Below, one piece after another: positions 37,791 to 52,619 of a DNA stretch of 64,000 nucleotides; position 1 is the stretch's first letter, and every line of letters begins with the position of its first letter. Under the pieces are notes generated by a model. The model was not told the origin of the DNA, made no database searches, and saw only the letters and a program-made list of their open reading frames with translations. The position numbers were made by a program, and so were the translations under genes. The stretch comes from Malacoraja senta. Taxonomy: Eukaryota. The DNA is taken from positions 2,606,001 to 2,670,000 of the forward strand of contig CM075998.1 in assembly GCA_038087875.1 (NCBI GenBank), given 5' to 3'.

Positions 37791-38392
37791 TGCTCTTCAA
37801 GAGCCCCAACATTTCCTCCTCCTTAATCTCACACAGTCGTTGCATATTGGTATTCTCCACACTGATCTCACTGTCCTCCATGTCCTTCTCCTCAGATGCA
37901 CTGTTGACCGACTTAGTTGCACACTAGCGTTCAAAGATTTGCAAAGTAATAAACTAGGAATCAAAATGGATAACCTCTCACTTTTTAAAGCAGTCTTACA
38001 TAGAACAGTACAGCACAGAAACAGGCCCTTCGGCCCACGACATCTGTACCAAAAAAATGCCAAGTTAAACTAATCTCTTTTGGCGACATGATCCAAAATC
38101 ATCCATTCCCTGTATATCTCAGTCTGTCTAAAAGCCTCTGAAGTGTCGCTATCATAACTGCCTCCATCATCACTCCTGGCAGTATTCCAGGCATCCACCG
38201 CCCTCTGTGTAAAAACAACCTTACACCGCACATCTCTTCAATTTTGCCCGTCTCACTTAAAAGCTATGCCGTCTAGTTTTTGACATTTTCACCTGGGAGA
38301 AAGGTCCTGGTTGTCTTGGCTGCCATTGAAAATAGAAACCTAAAAATCTGTGTTCATTCAATAACCAAGTGGATAAATGAAAACTAGAATCA

Positions 38393-38725
<333 letters not shown>

Positions 38726-39028
38726 CTAGCTATCACTCTTGAAGACTTCCTTAAAAACACAAATATATTTATTGAAAATCAGGGTTTGAGATAGGAACAG
38801 GCAAATTACCAGCTTAAACTTCCAACTACAACATGAAAGCAGAAACCTTCAGAATGTTCTCCATGTACCGAGCAGTTATCTTACTAATTATGGGGAGATG
38901 GCAGGAGAATTACACTTACAAGGAGAAGGAAAGAGAATGGGGTTGAGGGGGAAAAAAATGGTTAAATGGTGGAACAAAATCGATGGGCTGAATGGTCTAA
39001 TTCTGTTCCTGCGTCTTGTGGTCTAATC

Positions 39029-39391
39029 CAGGGTGGGGAACCTTTTCATGGTGGAAGGCCGCATTAAGTTAGCTGGCTGCAATAAGGCCGCATCCAAGAA
39101 ACTTCAATTAGATATACTTCAAATGTACATTATTTTGTTAAAATAGCCCTCATGACTTACTAATGTTTTAATTGTGGCCGTCAGTCGGGGAGGATTATTT
39201 CGTTGAATCTTCTTTTACTCTTTGGTATTTTAAATACGTTCATTTTAAGATTAAAATAATAAAAGATGAACAAAAACATATTAATAATAATAAAAAGATT
39301 TGTTCTACAAAATTTGGATTCATTCAAAAGGCTGCACTTAATGGCTTAGAAGGCCGCATGCAGCCTTAAGGCCGCAGGTTCCCCACCCCTG
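39029..39391. mobile_element. hAT-family MITE
   Basis: TIRs CAGGGTGGGGAACC / GGTTCCCCACCCCTG; 8-bp TSD GTCTAATC/GTCGAATC (1 mismatch). Confidence 0.8.
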
Positions 39392-39764
39392 GTCGAATCG
39401 GACTCGTCTTGCTTATTGGGAGGCGTTCAATATCTTGTTCAGCTGAGCATCAAGCAGCCCTATTCCAATACCAGGACTTACAAAAGAAGCATTGTGTAAG
39501 GAATACAAAGAATTCAAAATGCAAAGTTTGGTGACAACTCGCTATATCGAACATAACCCACTGAAGGACTTAGGACAACCACTGCAGTGATTATTCATGA
39601 GGGAGCTGGATTTTATTCTTTTCACCTGGAAGGGTAGGAGTAAAAGCACAGATTTTATGGGAGATTATAGGAATTTGTGACTATGTCAGATTCCACCAAA
39701 GTAGGTAGGGCAATTCAGATTAGTGATACCAGTTGCCATTCTCCAAGATACTGTTGATAATAAG

Positions 39765-40546
39765 TTCAAGTTCACATTTATTGCCACATGCACAAATTAA
39801 GGTACAGTGGAATTTGATTTACCATGCAGCCATACAATCCAAAAGAGCACAATACACACGAATATAACATGAACATCCACCACAGTGGAATCAACATTCT
39901 TCATTGCAATAACTTTCAGTCAGTTCTCCTCCTTTGTTCATCCGTGGTCGGGGCCATACGTAGTCGCCGTTACAGACGGCCAGAAGTACAGGCCCTCTCG
40001 TCGGGACGGTCGAACGCACTCCGCGGCTTGGAGTGCCACTTTCCCACCGGAGACCGTGGCTTCAGGATGTTATAGGCCGCAGGCCGGCGGTCGGAGCTCT
40101 TCTCCAGCGATCCCCGGCAAGGGATCCCAAACTCCGGATGGCAAGTCCACGTGATGCCCGCAGCTAGAAGCTCCGCAGACCACAGCCCCATGGTGGCAAA
40201 GTCACCAGGCCAGCGACCGGAGCACTCCTCCCTGGCGACCCCCGGCAAAGGGTTCGCCTGCTCTGCGATGGAAAAGTCCACGCTGCACCCGCTGCTGAAG
40301 CTCTGGGCCTGACTCCGGGAAAGGTCGCTCTAAACCAAGCTGTTAGGCTGCGAGAGGGGAGGCGGAGAAGCGACATGGAAAAAGTCACCACTCCATGCGG
40401 AAGTGACCGGAAAACAGTTTCCCCCTCTCCCCCCCCCCCCCCCACATAAGACATACCAAGAGACACCAAAACACGCACTTGGACACACTAAAAAAAAAGT
40501 TGAAATAATGAACACTGCAGGCAGGGCAGCCCACTCGCAGCGCCCC
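39765..40546 (-). mobile_element. CpG-rich non-autonomous retroelement with a Rex1-like 3' tail
   Basis: GC-rich body; minus-strand end CAATAAATGTGAACTTGAACTT resembles the other Rex1-type tails. No coding motif recognised. Confidence 0.45.
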
Positions 40547-40862
40547 TAACCTCACAACTTTGAAGACTTTCAATCAGTTCCTCATTCTTTCTAATGATTT
40601 GACTTTAAAAAGATATTGTTGAACTACAGCATGTTCCCTTAACATTATTCAACAATCCAAATCTGCCACACAATGATAAACACCCAAATATATCCATCAA
40701 TACAGGGAATTTTAAGGTTCTTTAGGTGCAAATATTTTAAGCATCATTTGCGAAGTAGAGGACCCGAATCAAACTCCTTACGGGTATCTTTGATTACCGA
40801 GGTGAAACTCAATAATTAAGCATTATAGTATTGCTAATTCTTCAATTATAAATACAAGTCTA

Positions 40863-41072
<210 letters not shown>

Positions 41073-41606
41073 TCATTGATCATTGCAGATCACGAATTAG
41101 AAAGAAACTATCAAACATATCATGAGCTTCTTCATTGTTCTCAAACTGGGTGGCACAAACAGGTGTATACAAAACTATTTTGGATAGGAAGGCATCTAGT
41201 TAGTGTCGTCCCCATACCAGCCAACAACCAATGCCTCTTGCTCTTACTGATGGAATTATGACCAAAAAAATCAAACCAGAGCATAATATGCCCTCCTAAT
41301 ATCATTCAAAGACCCCAAACCTCTAATATATTAACTACCACAAGTTTAAAAAGGTGTCCAGCTTTTGTGCAAGATAGTGATGGGGTTACTGAAGCTTCTG
41401 ATAACAAAAACTAAAATCTTTGATATGAACAAATATCAGCAATTCTTCTTCAAGGCATACAAACCCAAAAGTCAAGCATTCAATGATATCAGGTGAATTT
41501 GTAAACTGACACGAAAGCTCAGATTAATGTTTTACCAGTTTAAATCTTAAACGTGTAGAACAGTTTGCAAAGCTAAGAGTATACTTATCTTTGCAAAGAT
41601 ATTTGA

Positions 41607-42160
41607 TTGAGGAAATACAATCTGCCACAGGCAATGATGGTCCAGTTTTATACTGCTATCATAGAGTCTGTCCTCACCTTCTCCATCAAGGTCTGGTTTG
41701 GCTCAGCCACCAAGCATGACATTCGGAGACTGCAGCGCATCGTTCGATCAACCGAGAAGGTTGTTGGCTGCAACCTTTCTCCCCTGCCCCCCCCCCCCCC
41801 CCCCCATCAACGAACTGTACACTGTAAGGGCCAGGAAGCGAGCGGGCAAGATCATCTCTGACCCCTCTCACCCTGGCCACAAACTCTTTGAAGCACTTCC
41901 CTCTGGAAGGCGACTCCGGACTGTCAAAGCCACCACAGCCAGACATAAAAACAGCTTTTTTCCCCACAAGCAGTAGCTCTACTCAACAGCCAAAAGTTTG
42001 TAGCCCCCTTTTGCTCTGGTATTTTATTTCATTCTTCACCTAAATTTGTTTCATTTTTAATGGTCTGCTGTGTACCGTGTTGTTACTTGCGAGCAAATCA
42101 CCAAAGCAAATTCCTTGTATGTGTACATACTTGGCTAATAAACTGTATTCAATTCAATGC
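41607..42160 (+). mobile_element. Rex1-type LINE 3' fragment
   Basis: FYTAIIESVLTFSIKVWFG...DPSHPGHKLFEALPSGRR...NSFFP. Confidence 0.8.
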
Positions 42161-43004
42161 TTTTACTGTGTTAACATTAAATATTCTGTACTGTTGTATT
42201 TGTATTCAATACTACAAAATTATTAAAATTCCCTTTAAGCTGGAAAGAATTCAGGACACAAATAATCAGATGAAGAATGATTTGGTGAATCTCTAAATCC
42301 TTCCTGCACCAAGTAAATGGTTACAATTTGTTTGCAGACACACCACAGGCAATAGTCAACCTAAAGGCTGCTATTAGGAAAGGATAGTCCTCAAAAGGGT
42401 GAGAGGAAGGCAAGTAATCTTGAACTCTGAGGTCAATTTTTTTTCTGCCTCTCGATCAATGAACACCCATGATTGGTTCCTAAGGAAGCATTTGCAGAAC
42501 ATTTACTTATCCAGTTACCGGCTCAGATATTTCACCTGGTTCCGTACAGCAGATATAATTACAGGCTACATACTATCTGGGATTTGTGACAATGCACATT
42601 TCACAATATCACATACCAGAAACAATCAAAATATGTTTGCCAAACACCATCAACTAAAGCAAATGACCTCATTTTATATTGCTTCAGACAAATAAGGTCT
42701 GTATCTGTGCAGCAACGGCCAGTCGCCCAAGCATTGTGTGAAGTACAAAGGAGAACAATTGTATCCCTTTAGAGAGTAGAGAGCATCATTTCATAGCAAA
42801 TCTAAACACCCCAAACATGGAGACTGTGATAGCCCTGTCCGACGGTACAAGTTCATTCCAAGAACTCTCCCGAGTTTTAAAAAAATCAAACTCATGGTAA
42901 GCACGGAGAATGAACGTATCGGTTCCTACGACAAAGTTAATTTTTGTACAGCAAAGCCAACATAACCAAAGATACCAGTGGCTCTTTGCCATGTTGAGCA
43001 CCAG

Positions 43005-43220
43005 ACAACTGAATCTGTGGAATTCATTGCCACAGATGTCCGTGGAGGCCAAGTCAATGGATATTTTTAAGGTGGAGAAATATAGATTTTTGAATAGTAA
43101 GGGCGTTAGGGTTTATGAGGCGAAGGCAGTAGAATGGGGTTGGGAGGGAAAGATAGATCAGCCATGATTGAATGGCAGAGTAGATTTGATGGGCCAAATG
43201 GCCATATTCTGCTCCATTAA
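43005..43220 (+). mobile_element. CR1 3' fragment
   Basis: LNLWNSLPQ...; tail GATCAGCCATGATTGAATGG. Confidence 0.7.
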
Positions 43221-45192
43221 CCTATACAGCCACTTCAGCAATCTATTGATGCCTTTCAAAGCTAACCTACCCTTATCAAGTCTTGCAAACTGGACTAATC
43301 AAGATAGCACCAAGTAGACAGATATTTTCTTTCTAAATATCAGAGTTCTAGAAGTTCTATTCCAATACTGAAGAGTTCTCAGGGAGGGCACATTATTAAT
43401 TTAGATTTTTGCCATTCCTTGAACACTTGATACACCATTGGTCCGCTGCCCTTCAAGAGGATGAATGGAGATATACCGGCATATAAATGTAGAATGAGTA
43501 AGGCATGTTAAAAACAGAAAACATGACGACAATCTATGAAAAGCTAGACATTATAATAGTCAAGGGATGGTCAATTTATCAATATGGACACCTTGCAGTC
43601 TAAAAACCAAGTCTGAAGAAGGGTCTGGACCCAAAGCCTCACCCATTCCTTCTCTCCAGAGTTCCTGCCTGTCCAGCTGAATTACTGCAGCAACTTCAGT
43701 GTAAACCCGCATCTGCAGTTTCTTCCTACACAAGTGTGTTTCACTTGTGGTTTCACAGCTATGGATACTGAACAACTGCAGTTCAGATGTGAATAAGCCA
43801 TTTTTGTAACCACAACACCCTCCCCACCCCCACTGTACAAATTATTAGCAAAGATTTACTGCAGGAGAACCAACAAAACAAAAAAGTGAATAATTTAGAT
43901 ATCATAACCCAAGGCCACTGGAAATGTCAACCCAGCTCATGCTCAGAGCAATTAACCTGCTGTGCGTTTCTGAAATGTTACAGTTTCAATTTTGTTTCTG
44001 CCTGCATCCTGCACTGGAAGTTCTCAAACCTGTTCTCTAACCAAATCATGTTAAGTTCACAAGAACTGCAGCGCAACATAGTAGGCAGTTTACTGATTTA
44101 ATGGCGAGAAGCATTAACTTGTAGGAATCTTTAAAAAGGGAGGAGAAACGTGGGTTGTGATGCCGTCTAAATGGTCTCTGAGAAGAGACGTTAGGAATCT
44201 AGAAATGTGCGCATCTGGCAGTGAGGAAAATCATCATTCCAAATTTGCGCTACTTGAAATTTGCAGAAATGTATCCCAGATACACTTAATAAGGTTTTTA
44301 ATATCAATAAATAACGCCTTTTCTCAACATGCATTTCCTCCACCTCCAGAGATTGGAAGCCTACTGATCTGTTTATCACAATTGCAGCTCCACTTCATCG
44401 AAATGCATCACACTTCCAAAAAAGGGACCAAGAATGCAATGGAGAAAGATTTCACCCCATTATTAAATCTAAATTAGTGCCACACTAATTTTTTTTAAAT
44501 GATATGCCGATTTCCTGTCTAATAATTGCTGTTACTGCTCCTTTTTAGGCATTTATAGTAAATTCGAACAAGCATTTAATTTCAGGGGCTAGTCAGACCT
44601 TATTTTTTCTTATGCTTACTTCTCGAATACATAAAACCCATGTTGTTATCATTCCAACCCCCCACAACACATGCTCACACTGCAGGTCCCAGTGCCCTAA
44701 ACGCTCACCACAATGGCAATGCTGAATGATTTAAAAGTGCATTTTCTTTCTTTACATAAAAAAGATCTGTTTAAGAGTACAAAGCAGAGTCTGTTGGACA
44801 TTTAGCCCCCACTTCACTAGGATAAAGACACTGCAGGCTTTATAGGACACAACTGTCTCCTGTTTCTGCGCACCCAGTCAAAATGCCAAAACTTCGAATG
44901 AATGAAATAATTAAGGCATAGTTATCATAGTCAATAAACTCAAATAAAGGCATTGTTATCAAACATAAATGATCAGAGAGAACAGTGGTCTGCAAAAAAA
45001 GAGTAAAGATAGCCACGAGAAAGAGGGGCAAGAGCACGGTGGAATGTGGGTTAGTAAACATAGGGATAATGGTGTATGAGAATTGAGAACTTCACTCTGC
45101 AGAGGGTCAAATGAAGAATATCAAATAAGGGGGTGCACCGGAATAGAGGTACTAAAATATGGATGATGTACAAAATGAGAAGCAATGACATA

Positions 45193-45708
45193 GCTTCTAC
45201 AGGTGCACAGTAGAGAGCATGCTGACCGGTTGCATCGTGGCTTGGTTTGGCAACTTGAGTGCCCTGGAGAGGAAAAGACTACAAAAAGTAGTAAACACTG
45301 CCCAGTCCATCATAGGCTCTGACCTCCCTTCCATCGAGGGGATCTACCACAGTCGCTGCCTCAAAAAGGTTGGCAGCATCATCAAGGACCCACACCATCC
45401 TGGCCACACACTCATCTCCCTACTACCTTCAGGTAGAAGGTACAGGAGCCTGAAGACTGCAACGACCAGGTTCAGGAACAGCTACTTCCCCACAGCCATC
45501 AGGCTATTAAACCTGGCTCGGACATAACACTGAACTTTACTAGCCAATACTGTTATTTGCACTTTATCAGTATATTGACCATTGTGTATATATTTATAGA
45601 ATGCCTTGTAGTAAATGCCTACTATGTTCTGTTGTGCTCAAGCAAAGCAAGAATTTCATTGTCCTACCAGGGACACATGACAATAAACTCACTTGACTTG
45701 ACTTGACT
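45193..45708 (+). mobile_element. Rex1-type LINE 3' fragment
   Basis: FYRCTVESMLTGCIVAWFG...LLPSGRRYRS...SYFPTAIRLLN; (CTTGA)n tail. Confidence 0.82.
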
Positions 45709-46718
45709 AGCTTCAGTAAGATAACTTATTTACAGCCTTGAAATGTGGTCAGTTTGTGTTGATTTAATTGGTTTCAACCTCAATTTAAGCTACAGTATAA
45801 GCTTTGACCTGCCAGGCAGCAATAATTCTTTATTAAAGCGATTGTGATTGTTCCCTCCACCTACTAGTCAGGACTAATCTCCAAAACGAGATACATTCCA
45901 AGTTAGAGGCATAGTGCACATCTTTTTATTCTTTTTTTCTATCGCCAACATAACCCACAACATTTAGAGCCAATCTGAAAATGGATCGTTGAACTTCTTG
46001 GATCTTAGAAATCATAACATAACAGGAAAAAAATTGTTTTCTGAAAAAGGTAACGACACTGATAAAACTGGCACAAGTAGATAGAGAGAATCTTCAACTA
46101 TCTCTCGGCGTGAGCAATTAACAAAACTGTCATATAAACAAGCTAGTAAGTCTAAGCACCACAAAGAGCCCTGCTTCAACTTGTCTTTTAGGCACAATTC
46201 TCTTGCTTTTATCGATTTATTTTGAAGAGAGTCTGTGAACAAAGCTGCAAAAAGTTCAATACCATTCAAAATTCCTCAACAAATTAAGTAGTTCTCATCT
46301 ACGCACAGTAAGTCCCAGATAACATTCAGGCACGGCCTGATAAGGGACATGCAACATTCATGCCATATAATGATCCTCTTCAACAAGAGAATCCAACCAC
46401 CCACCTTTGCCATTCAATAGCAATTCCAAGTACTCCACCCAGTACACACCAAGGGATAGTACTGATCAAAAATATCAGCCCACACATATACTGTTGCTAC
46501 AAAGGCAGATCCAAGAGAACAAGAGCTCGTCCACCTAACCTTAGCATTGACCAGAACAAAGACTGGACTTCCCACAGATACTGCAGCTGCAAGAATAGAC
46601 CAGATTCCATTTACCCCACACAAGTGACATCTCTCGACATACCAATGTCTTTCCACCACACACAAGACAAATGTACACTTGTCTGACGAATGCAGCTCCA
46701 ATGACACTCATGTAGTTA

Positions 46719-48352
46719 CAGTGCCCTCCATAATGTTTGGGACAAAGACCCATCATTTATTTATTTGCCTCTGTACTCCACAACTTGAGATTTGTAATAG
46801 AGAAAAAAAAAATCACATGTGGTTAAAGTGCACATTGTCAGATTTTAATAAAGGCCATTTTTATACATTTTGGTTTCACCATGTAGAAATTACAGCTGTG
46901 TTTATACATAGTCCCCCCATTTCAGGGCACCATAATGTTTGGGAAGCAGCAATGTCATGTAAATTAAAGTAGTCATGTTTAGTATTTTGTTGCAGATCCT
47001 TTGCATGTAATGACTGCATGAAGTCTGCGATTCATGGACATCATCAGTTGCTGGGTGTCTTCTCTGGTGATGCTCTGCCAGGCCTGTATTGCAGCCATCT
47101 TTAGCTTACGTTTGTTTTGAGGGGTAGCCCCCTTCAGTTTTCTCTTCAGCATATAAAAGGCATGCTCAATTGGGTTCAGATCAGGTGATTGACTTGGCCA
47201 CTCAAGAATTGACCATTTTTTAGCTTTGTTGCTTTAGCAGTATGTTTGGGATCATTGTCTTGCTGTAGAATGAACCCGCTGGCCAATGAGTTTTGAGGCA
47301 TTGGTTTGAACTTGAGCAGATAGGATGTGTCTATACACTTCAGAATTCATTATGCTACTACCATCAGCAGTTGTATCATCAATGAAGATAAGTGAGCCAG
47401 TACCTTCAGCAGCCGTACATGTCCAGGCCATAACCCCCTGCACCACTGTGTTTCACAGATGAGGTGGTATGCTTTGGATCGTGGGCAGTTCCTTCTCGCC
47501 TCCATACCTTGCTCTTGCCATCACTCTGATATAAGTTAATCTTTGTCTCATCTGTCCACAAGAGCTTTTTCCAGAACTGTGGTTGCTCTTTTAAGTACTT
47601 CTTGGCAAACTGTAACCTAGCCATCCTATTTTTGCAGCTAACCAGTGGTTTGCATCTTGCAGTGTAGCCTCTGTATTTCTGTTCATGAAGTCTTCTGCAG
47701 ACAACGGTCATTGACAAATCCACACCTGACTCCTGAAGAGTGTTTCTGATCTGTCAGACAGGTGTTTGGGGATTTTTCTTTTTTTATAGAGATAATTCTT
47801 CTGTCTTTAGCTGTGGAGGTCTTCCTTGGCCTGACAGTCCCTTTGCGATTAGTAAGCTCACCAGTGCTCTCTTTCATCTTAATGATGTACCAAACAGTTG
47901 ATTTTGGTAAGCGTAAGGTTTGGCTGATGTCTCCAACAGTTCTATTCTTGTTTCTCAGTCTCATATTGGCTTCTTTGACTTTCATTGGCACAACTTTAGT
48001 CCTCGTGTTGATAAACAGCAATAAAAGTGTTCAAAGGTGATGGTAAGACTGGAGGAAAGACTAGGTGCTGAGAGCTCTCTTATACCTGCATTAAGGAGGC
48101 ATTTCAACACACCTGAGCAATTACAAACACCTGTGAAGCCATGTGTTCCAAACATTATGGTGCCCTGAAATGGGGGTCTATGTATAAACACAGCTGTAAT
48201 TTCTACATGGTGAAACCAAAATGTATAAAAATACCCTTTAATAAAATCTGACAATGTTCACTTTAACCACATGTGATTTTTTTCTATTACAAATCTCAAA
48301 TTGTGGAGTACAGAGGCAAATAAATAAATGATGGGTCTTTGTCCCAAACATT
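46719..48352 (-). mobile_element. Tc1-family DNA transposon with ~220-bp IR/DR termini and a frameshifted DDE transposase
   Basis: TA|CAGTGCCCTCCATAATGTTTGGG left end; inverted copy at ~48146-48352 lacking the outermost ~13 bp; WTDETKI, VKH, QQDNDPKH and WPSQSPDLNPIEH motifs in shifted frames. Confidence 0.9.
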
Positions 48353-48499
48353 TTCCCAAATCTACAACCATTGGGGATGACAGGGGTTTCAGTTGCATGG
48401 GAACACAACTTTTATGTGTTTCAGTTGCATGGGAACACACCTTTTATGTTTCCCCTCCAAATTGCACATCAGCCTGAGAGAAATACATCACTACTCCTT

Positions 48500-48767
48500 C
48501 AAAATCATCGGGCACAATTCCTGACACTCTCAATAGTACAGTTGGAGTACTTCGACCAGGAATGCAACAACCTCCAGACTCAGAAACAGCTTTATTCCAA
48601 GAGCTATAGCGGCTCTGAACCGGCCCTGCTGAGTGCACCCCCCCTGGACAGTCTCCCTCGGATGGTCACGTCACTCAGCTTGCTTATTTATTTATTTTAC
48701 TTTTCTTGTACATCGGTGGAGCTGCATACTAAATCTCGTTGCACTGACGTGCAATGACAATAAAAGA

Positions 48768-48800
<33 letters not shown>
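48500..48800 (+). mobile_element. Rex1-type 3' tail ending in a (TAT)n microsatellite
   Basis: RLRNSFIPRAIAALN; GACAATAAAAGA followed by (TAT)n at ~48768-48800. Confidence 0.6.
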
Positions 48801-49099
48801 CCACTCTGTCTTGGATCTCGCCATCGACCACCCACACCCCATAATCTCACTTTGGCAAAAAGGCAACTCCACCTCCAGTTTAAATTCCATTTGAAATATT
48901 TTGGAGGACCAAGAAACCAAGGGAAAAAAAATCCCCCTTCTTCAACAACACTAATCGCTGAGCATTACAGGGAGTTCAATTTAAACCACAAAATTGAGAG
49001 AGGAGGCGAGACGAAAAAATGCATCACACAACTATTTGGAAATGTAGTAAAATGATGAAACCTCGACAATACAAAGGTTTGCTCCGTGGATCCCAAGCT

Positions 49100-49520
49100 G
49101 CAGGCTACCAGCTTGCGCTCATTGCCAATCACTTGCGCAACCCACCCTTGGCCTGAACCCATCCACCAATGCAGCCGGATGCCCCAGACGAGTTGCCACA
49201 AGAGTCGCTGGAGGCTGAGACCGGCTCACGCCCGCTGCTTCCTTCGTCCAGCCGAGCGTGAGGGCTCCAATGGTCGGCTGATGGGGGCGGGGGTGCCGCC
49301 CCCACCCCCCAGACAAAGGGCGACTACGAGGAACCTCCCAATATCTCCGGCGTGGAGACCGTGAGTTTACCTGCTTCGCCTCGACGCGACTATCCTTCAT
49401 CAGCAACCTCGCCAAGCGCTGCCGGACACACGTCACACGTTCACACTGCCGTGCGTCACGCCCGACGTCTGACGCAAACCACTCGCGGCAGATGATCTTT
49501 GGCTCCAAGCGTCACTCGTT
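49100..49520 (-). promoter_or_regulatory. ARF3: CpG island with putative ARF3 promoter and non-coding exon 1 (donor CAG|GTAAAC at 49371)
   Basis: Non-repeat CpG-rich island upstream of the CDS; clustered CGTCA/TGACG sites at 49431, 49454, 49470 and 49510. Confidence 0.65.
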
Positions 49521-49547
49521 TCTCAGCAGCAACTTCCTTCTGCTCGA

Positions 49548-49975
49548 AAGTTCATCAGTGATAGGAGAAGAATAAGGCCATTCAGCCCATCAAGTCCACT
49601 CCACCATTCAATCATGGCTGTTCTATCTCTCCCTCCTAACCCCATTCTCCTGCCTTCTCCCCATAACCTCTGACACCTGTACTGACCAAGAATCTATCTA
49701 TCTCGGCCTTAAATATATCCACTGACTTGTGGCCTCCACAGCCTTCTGTGGCAATGAATTCCACAGATTCACCACCCTCTGGCTAAAGAAATTCCTCCTC
49801 ATCTCCTTCCTAAAAGAACGTCATTTAATTCTGAGGCTGTGACCTCTGGTCCTAGACTCTTCATCTCCTTCCTAAAAGAACATCCTTTAATTCTGAGGCT
49901 GTGACCTCTAGTCCTAGACACTCCCACCAGTGGAAACATCCTCTCCACATCCACTCTATCCAGGCCTTTCAGTAC
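49548..49975 (-). mobile_element. CR1 3' fragment with an internal ~62-bp tandem duplication
   Basis: Reverse CR1 tail; the TCATCTCCTTCCTAAAAGAAC...GTCCTAGAC segment is repeated at ~49799 and ~49862. Confidence 0.75.
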
Positions 49976-50856
49976 TCAGCAGATCAGACAGCATCTCTGG
50001 AGACCATGGACAGATTCCATCCATGTTTTCCACTGATGCATCCTCACTGCCTGAGTTACTCCAGCACTTTGTGTCCTTTTGTGTATTAACCCAATCTTAG
50101 TTTAGTTTAGTACGTGTAGGAAGGAACTGCAGATGCTGGTTTAAACCAAAGATAGGCACAAAAAGCTGGAGTAACTCAGCGGGTCAGACAGCAACTCCAG
50201 AGAAAAGGAACAGCTGACGTTTCAGGTCGAGACCTTTTTTTTTAGTTTTGTTTAGTTTATTGTCACTTGTACCAAGGTACAGTGAAAAGTTTTTGTTGTG
50301 TGCTAACCAGTCAGTGGAAGGCCATGATTACAATCGAGCCATTCACAGTGTACAGATACATAAGGGAAAAACATTTAGTGCAAGATAAAGTCTGAACAAG
50401 AATAGTCCGAGGGTCTCCAATGAGGTAGATAATAGGTCAGGACTGCTCTCTAGTTGTGGTAGGATGATTCAGTTGCCTGATAACAGCTGGGAAGAAGATG
50501 CAGTCCTTGGTTTCCATATTCCTAATGCTTTGCCACTCTATGAGTGAACACAACAAGGTGCTGTCTAATTAGTCTTGGGCCCTATGTCATTGAAAGTTAA
50601 CATGCAGGTGAACAGGCAATCACAAAGACCCTTCTACAGAACAACTGAAGAAGGATTGCAACCTGAAATGTCACCTATTCCTTTTCTCCAGAGATGCTGC
50701 CTGACCCGCTGAGTTACTCCAGCCTTTTGTGTCTATCTTCAGTGTAAACCAGCATCTGTAATTCCTTCCTACATAAGGCAAAGATCACGGTGGCCTTCAC
50801 TGCAAGAGAATTTGAATGCAAGAGTAAAGATCATCACTACAATTATACCGGATCTG

Positions 50857-51312
50857 TTTTTTGTTTACAAAAGTAAATTTATTTACAGGTACAAAATGAC
50901 AGTGCAAACACTACTCTAAGGAGACATCTATCTAAAAAAGGAATATACATCTAATTATCAAACCAAAACGTTGTTATTTTCATCCAAGAAGCACTCAAGG
51001 CCTTGTGGCGCCCAGTGGTCCCGGAAAGCGGCTGAGGTGCCCATGGGCACAGCCTGCTCCCTCTCCAGGGACACGCGGGCACGGATGCAAGCCCGAAAGA
51101 GGGACAGGCAGTCAGCCTGGGTGGCGCCCTCTGCTCCATGCTGCCATGACCCAAGAATGGCCAGCTTGGCCAGTTCCAGCAGGAAATGGACCAAGAGATT
51201 CCCTAACTCACCCACCCACCCCCTCCGCACTGGGTGCCTAAAGTGTAACCAGAATTTGAGGAGCAGCCCCTTCAAATGTTCAAAGAGGGGCTGCAACCTC
51301 ACACATCCCATG
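50857..51312 (-). mobile_element. L1/Tx1-type LINE 3' fragment
   Basis: CVRLQPLFEHLKGLL...LLELAKLAI...FRDHW; AATAAA followed by an A-rich tail. Confidence 0.6.
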
Positions 51313-52619
51313 TAAGTGATTCCATACCTGCAGAAGTGTGCACAATTGGGGTCTCTTTATCTAATGAAAGATATACTTACTATAGAAGGAGTGCAACAAC
51401 AAAATATCAGCAGGCTGGTTGCTCTGATGGCATAACTTTTGGACAAGGAGAGATTGAGCAAGCTACAGCTCTGGAGGTTAGAAGAATGAGAAGTAAACTC
51501 ATTTGAACTATATTATTCTCTGCACATGTTAAAATAAACTCCCAAATTGTTTATGAGGTGCCAGGCATTTTCTTCAGTGTGTGCAGTTCACATAGCTCCA
51601 CCAGATGTCAGTCCTACAGTTTAGTTTAGTTTGGAAATACAGAGCGGAAACAGGCCCTTCGGCCCACCGAGTCCTTCTGTGGGGAAGGACTGCAGATTAA
51701 GGTCCTTCTGCCACTAGACATGAAGGGCGAAGTTTGTATGATCCCAGAAGGCCACAAGTTGCAAAGATGGTACACAGAATATGCTAACATTGCAAATGTA
51801 TGGAACCGCTGACACTGAATGTAGAGACTGAACAACTCTATGAATGTAGAGAGCCGTGCACTTTTAAATATATATTTTGAATATATTTTCTTCTATATAT
51901 TTTATGAACAAAGCTTAGTTTTTAAATTTTAAAGTTTGAATTAGCCTATATATCTTAACAGACATGACATTGCAATGGTGTAATACAGATCATCATATTG
52001 ATATAGATATATCAGTCCAATTCTTAGCCAGAACTGTTTCTCATCTTCCATTTCCTGACGGGGCAGCTGCTTAATGTCTGGCTTCACTTCAGTCCCATGC
52101 TCCTGGCCTTTGGACATCCAATGCAGTTAGGAAGGGATGGGTGGGCAGATGTTCACTTCAGTTTTTTTTATTGTCACGTGTATCGAGGTACAGTGAAAAG
52201 CTTTTGTTGCGCGCTAACCAGTCAGCAGAAAGACAATACATGATTACAATCAATGGTCATCGATCAAGGCACTTCCTCAAGGAGCTCCCTTGGGCGGCCA
52301 AGATGAACAGGGAAGAAGGGTCTTGACCCGAAACGTCACCCATTCCTTCTCTCCAGAGATGCTGCCTGTCCCGCTGAGTTGGTCCAGCTTTTTGTATCTA
52401 TCTTCAGTGAGACTTGACTGATGGGTATTGGGTGTTGGGGGAAAACAGGCAGTCGTATACGAAATGTCCATTCAGACTGATCACCTGCACATCTCTGTAG
52501 AATTGTATGTACCTTATTATCCTGTTAGAGCGAGGCTAGAGTAGCCATTGGCACTCTCAAAGCCTTTCACAACTGACGGGTACCATAGAGATTGGAGGAT
52601 GTCATCAACCACCAGGGAG

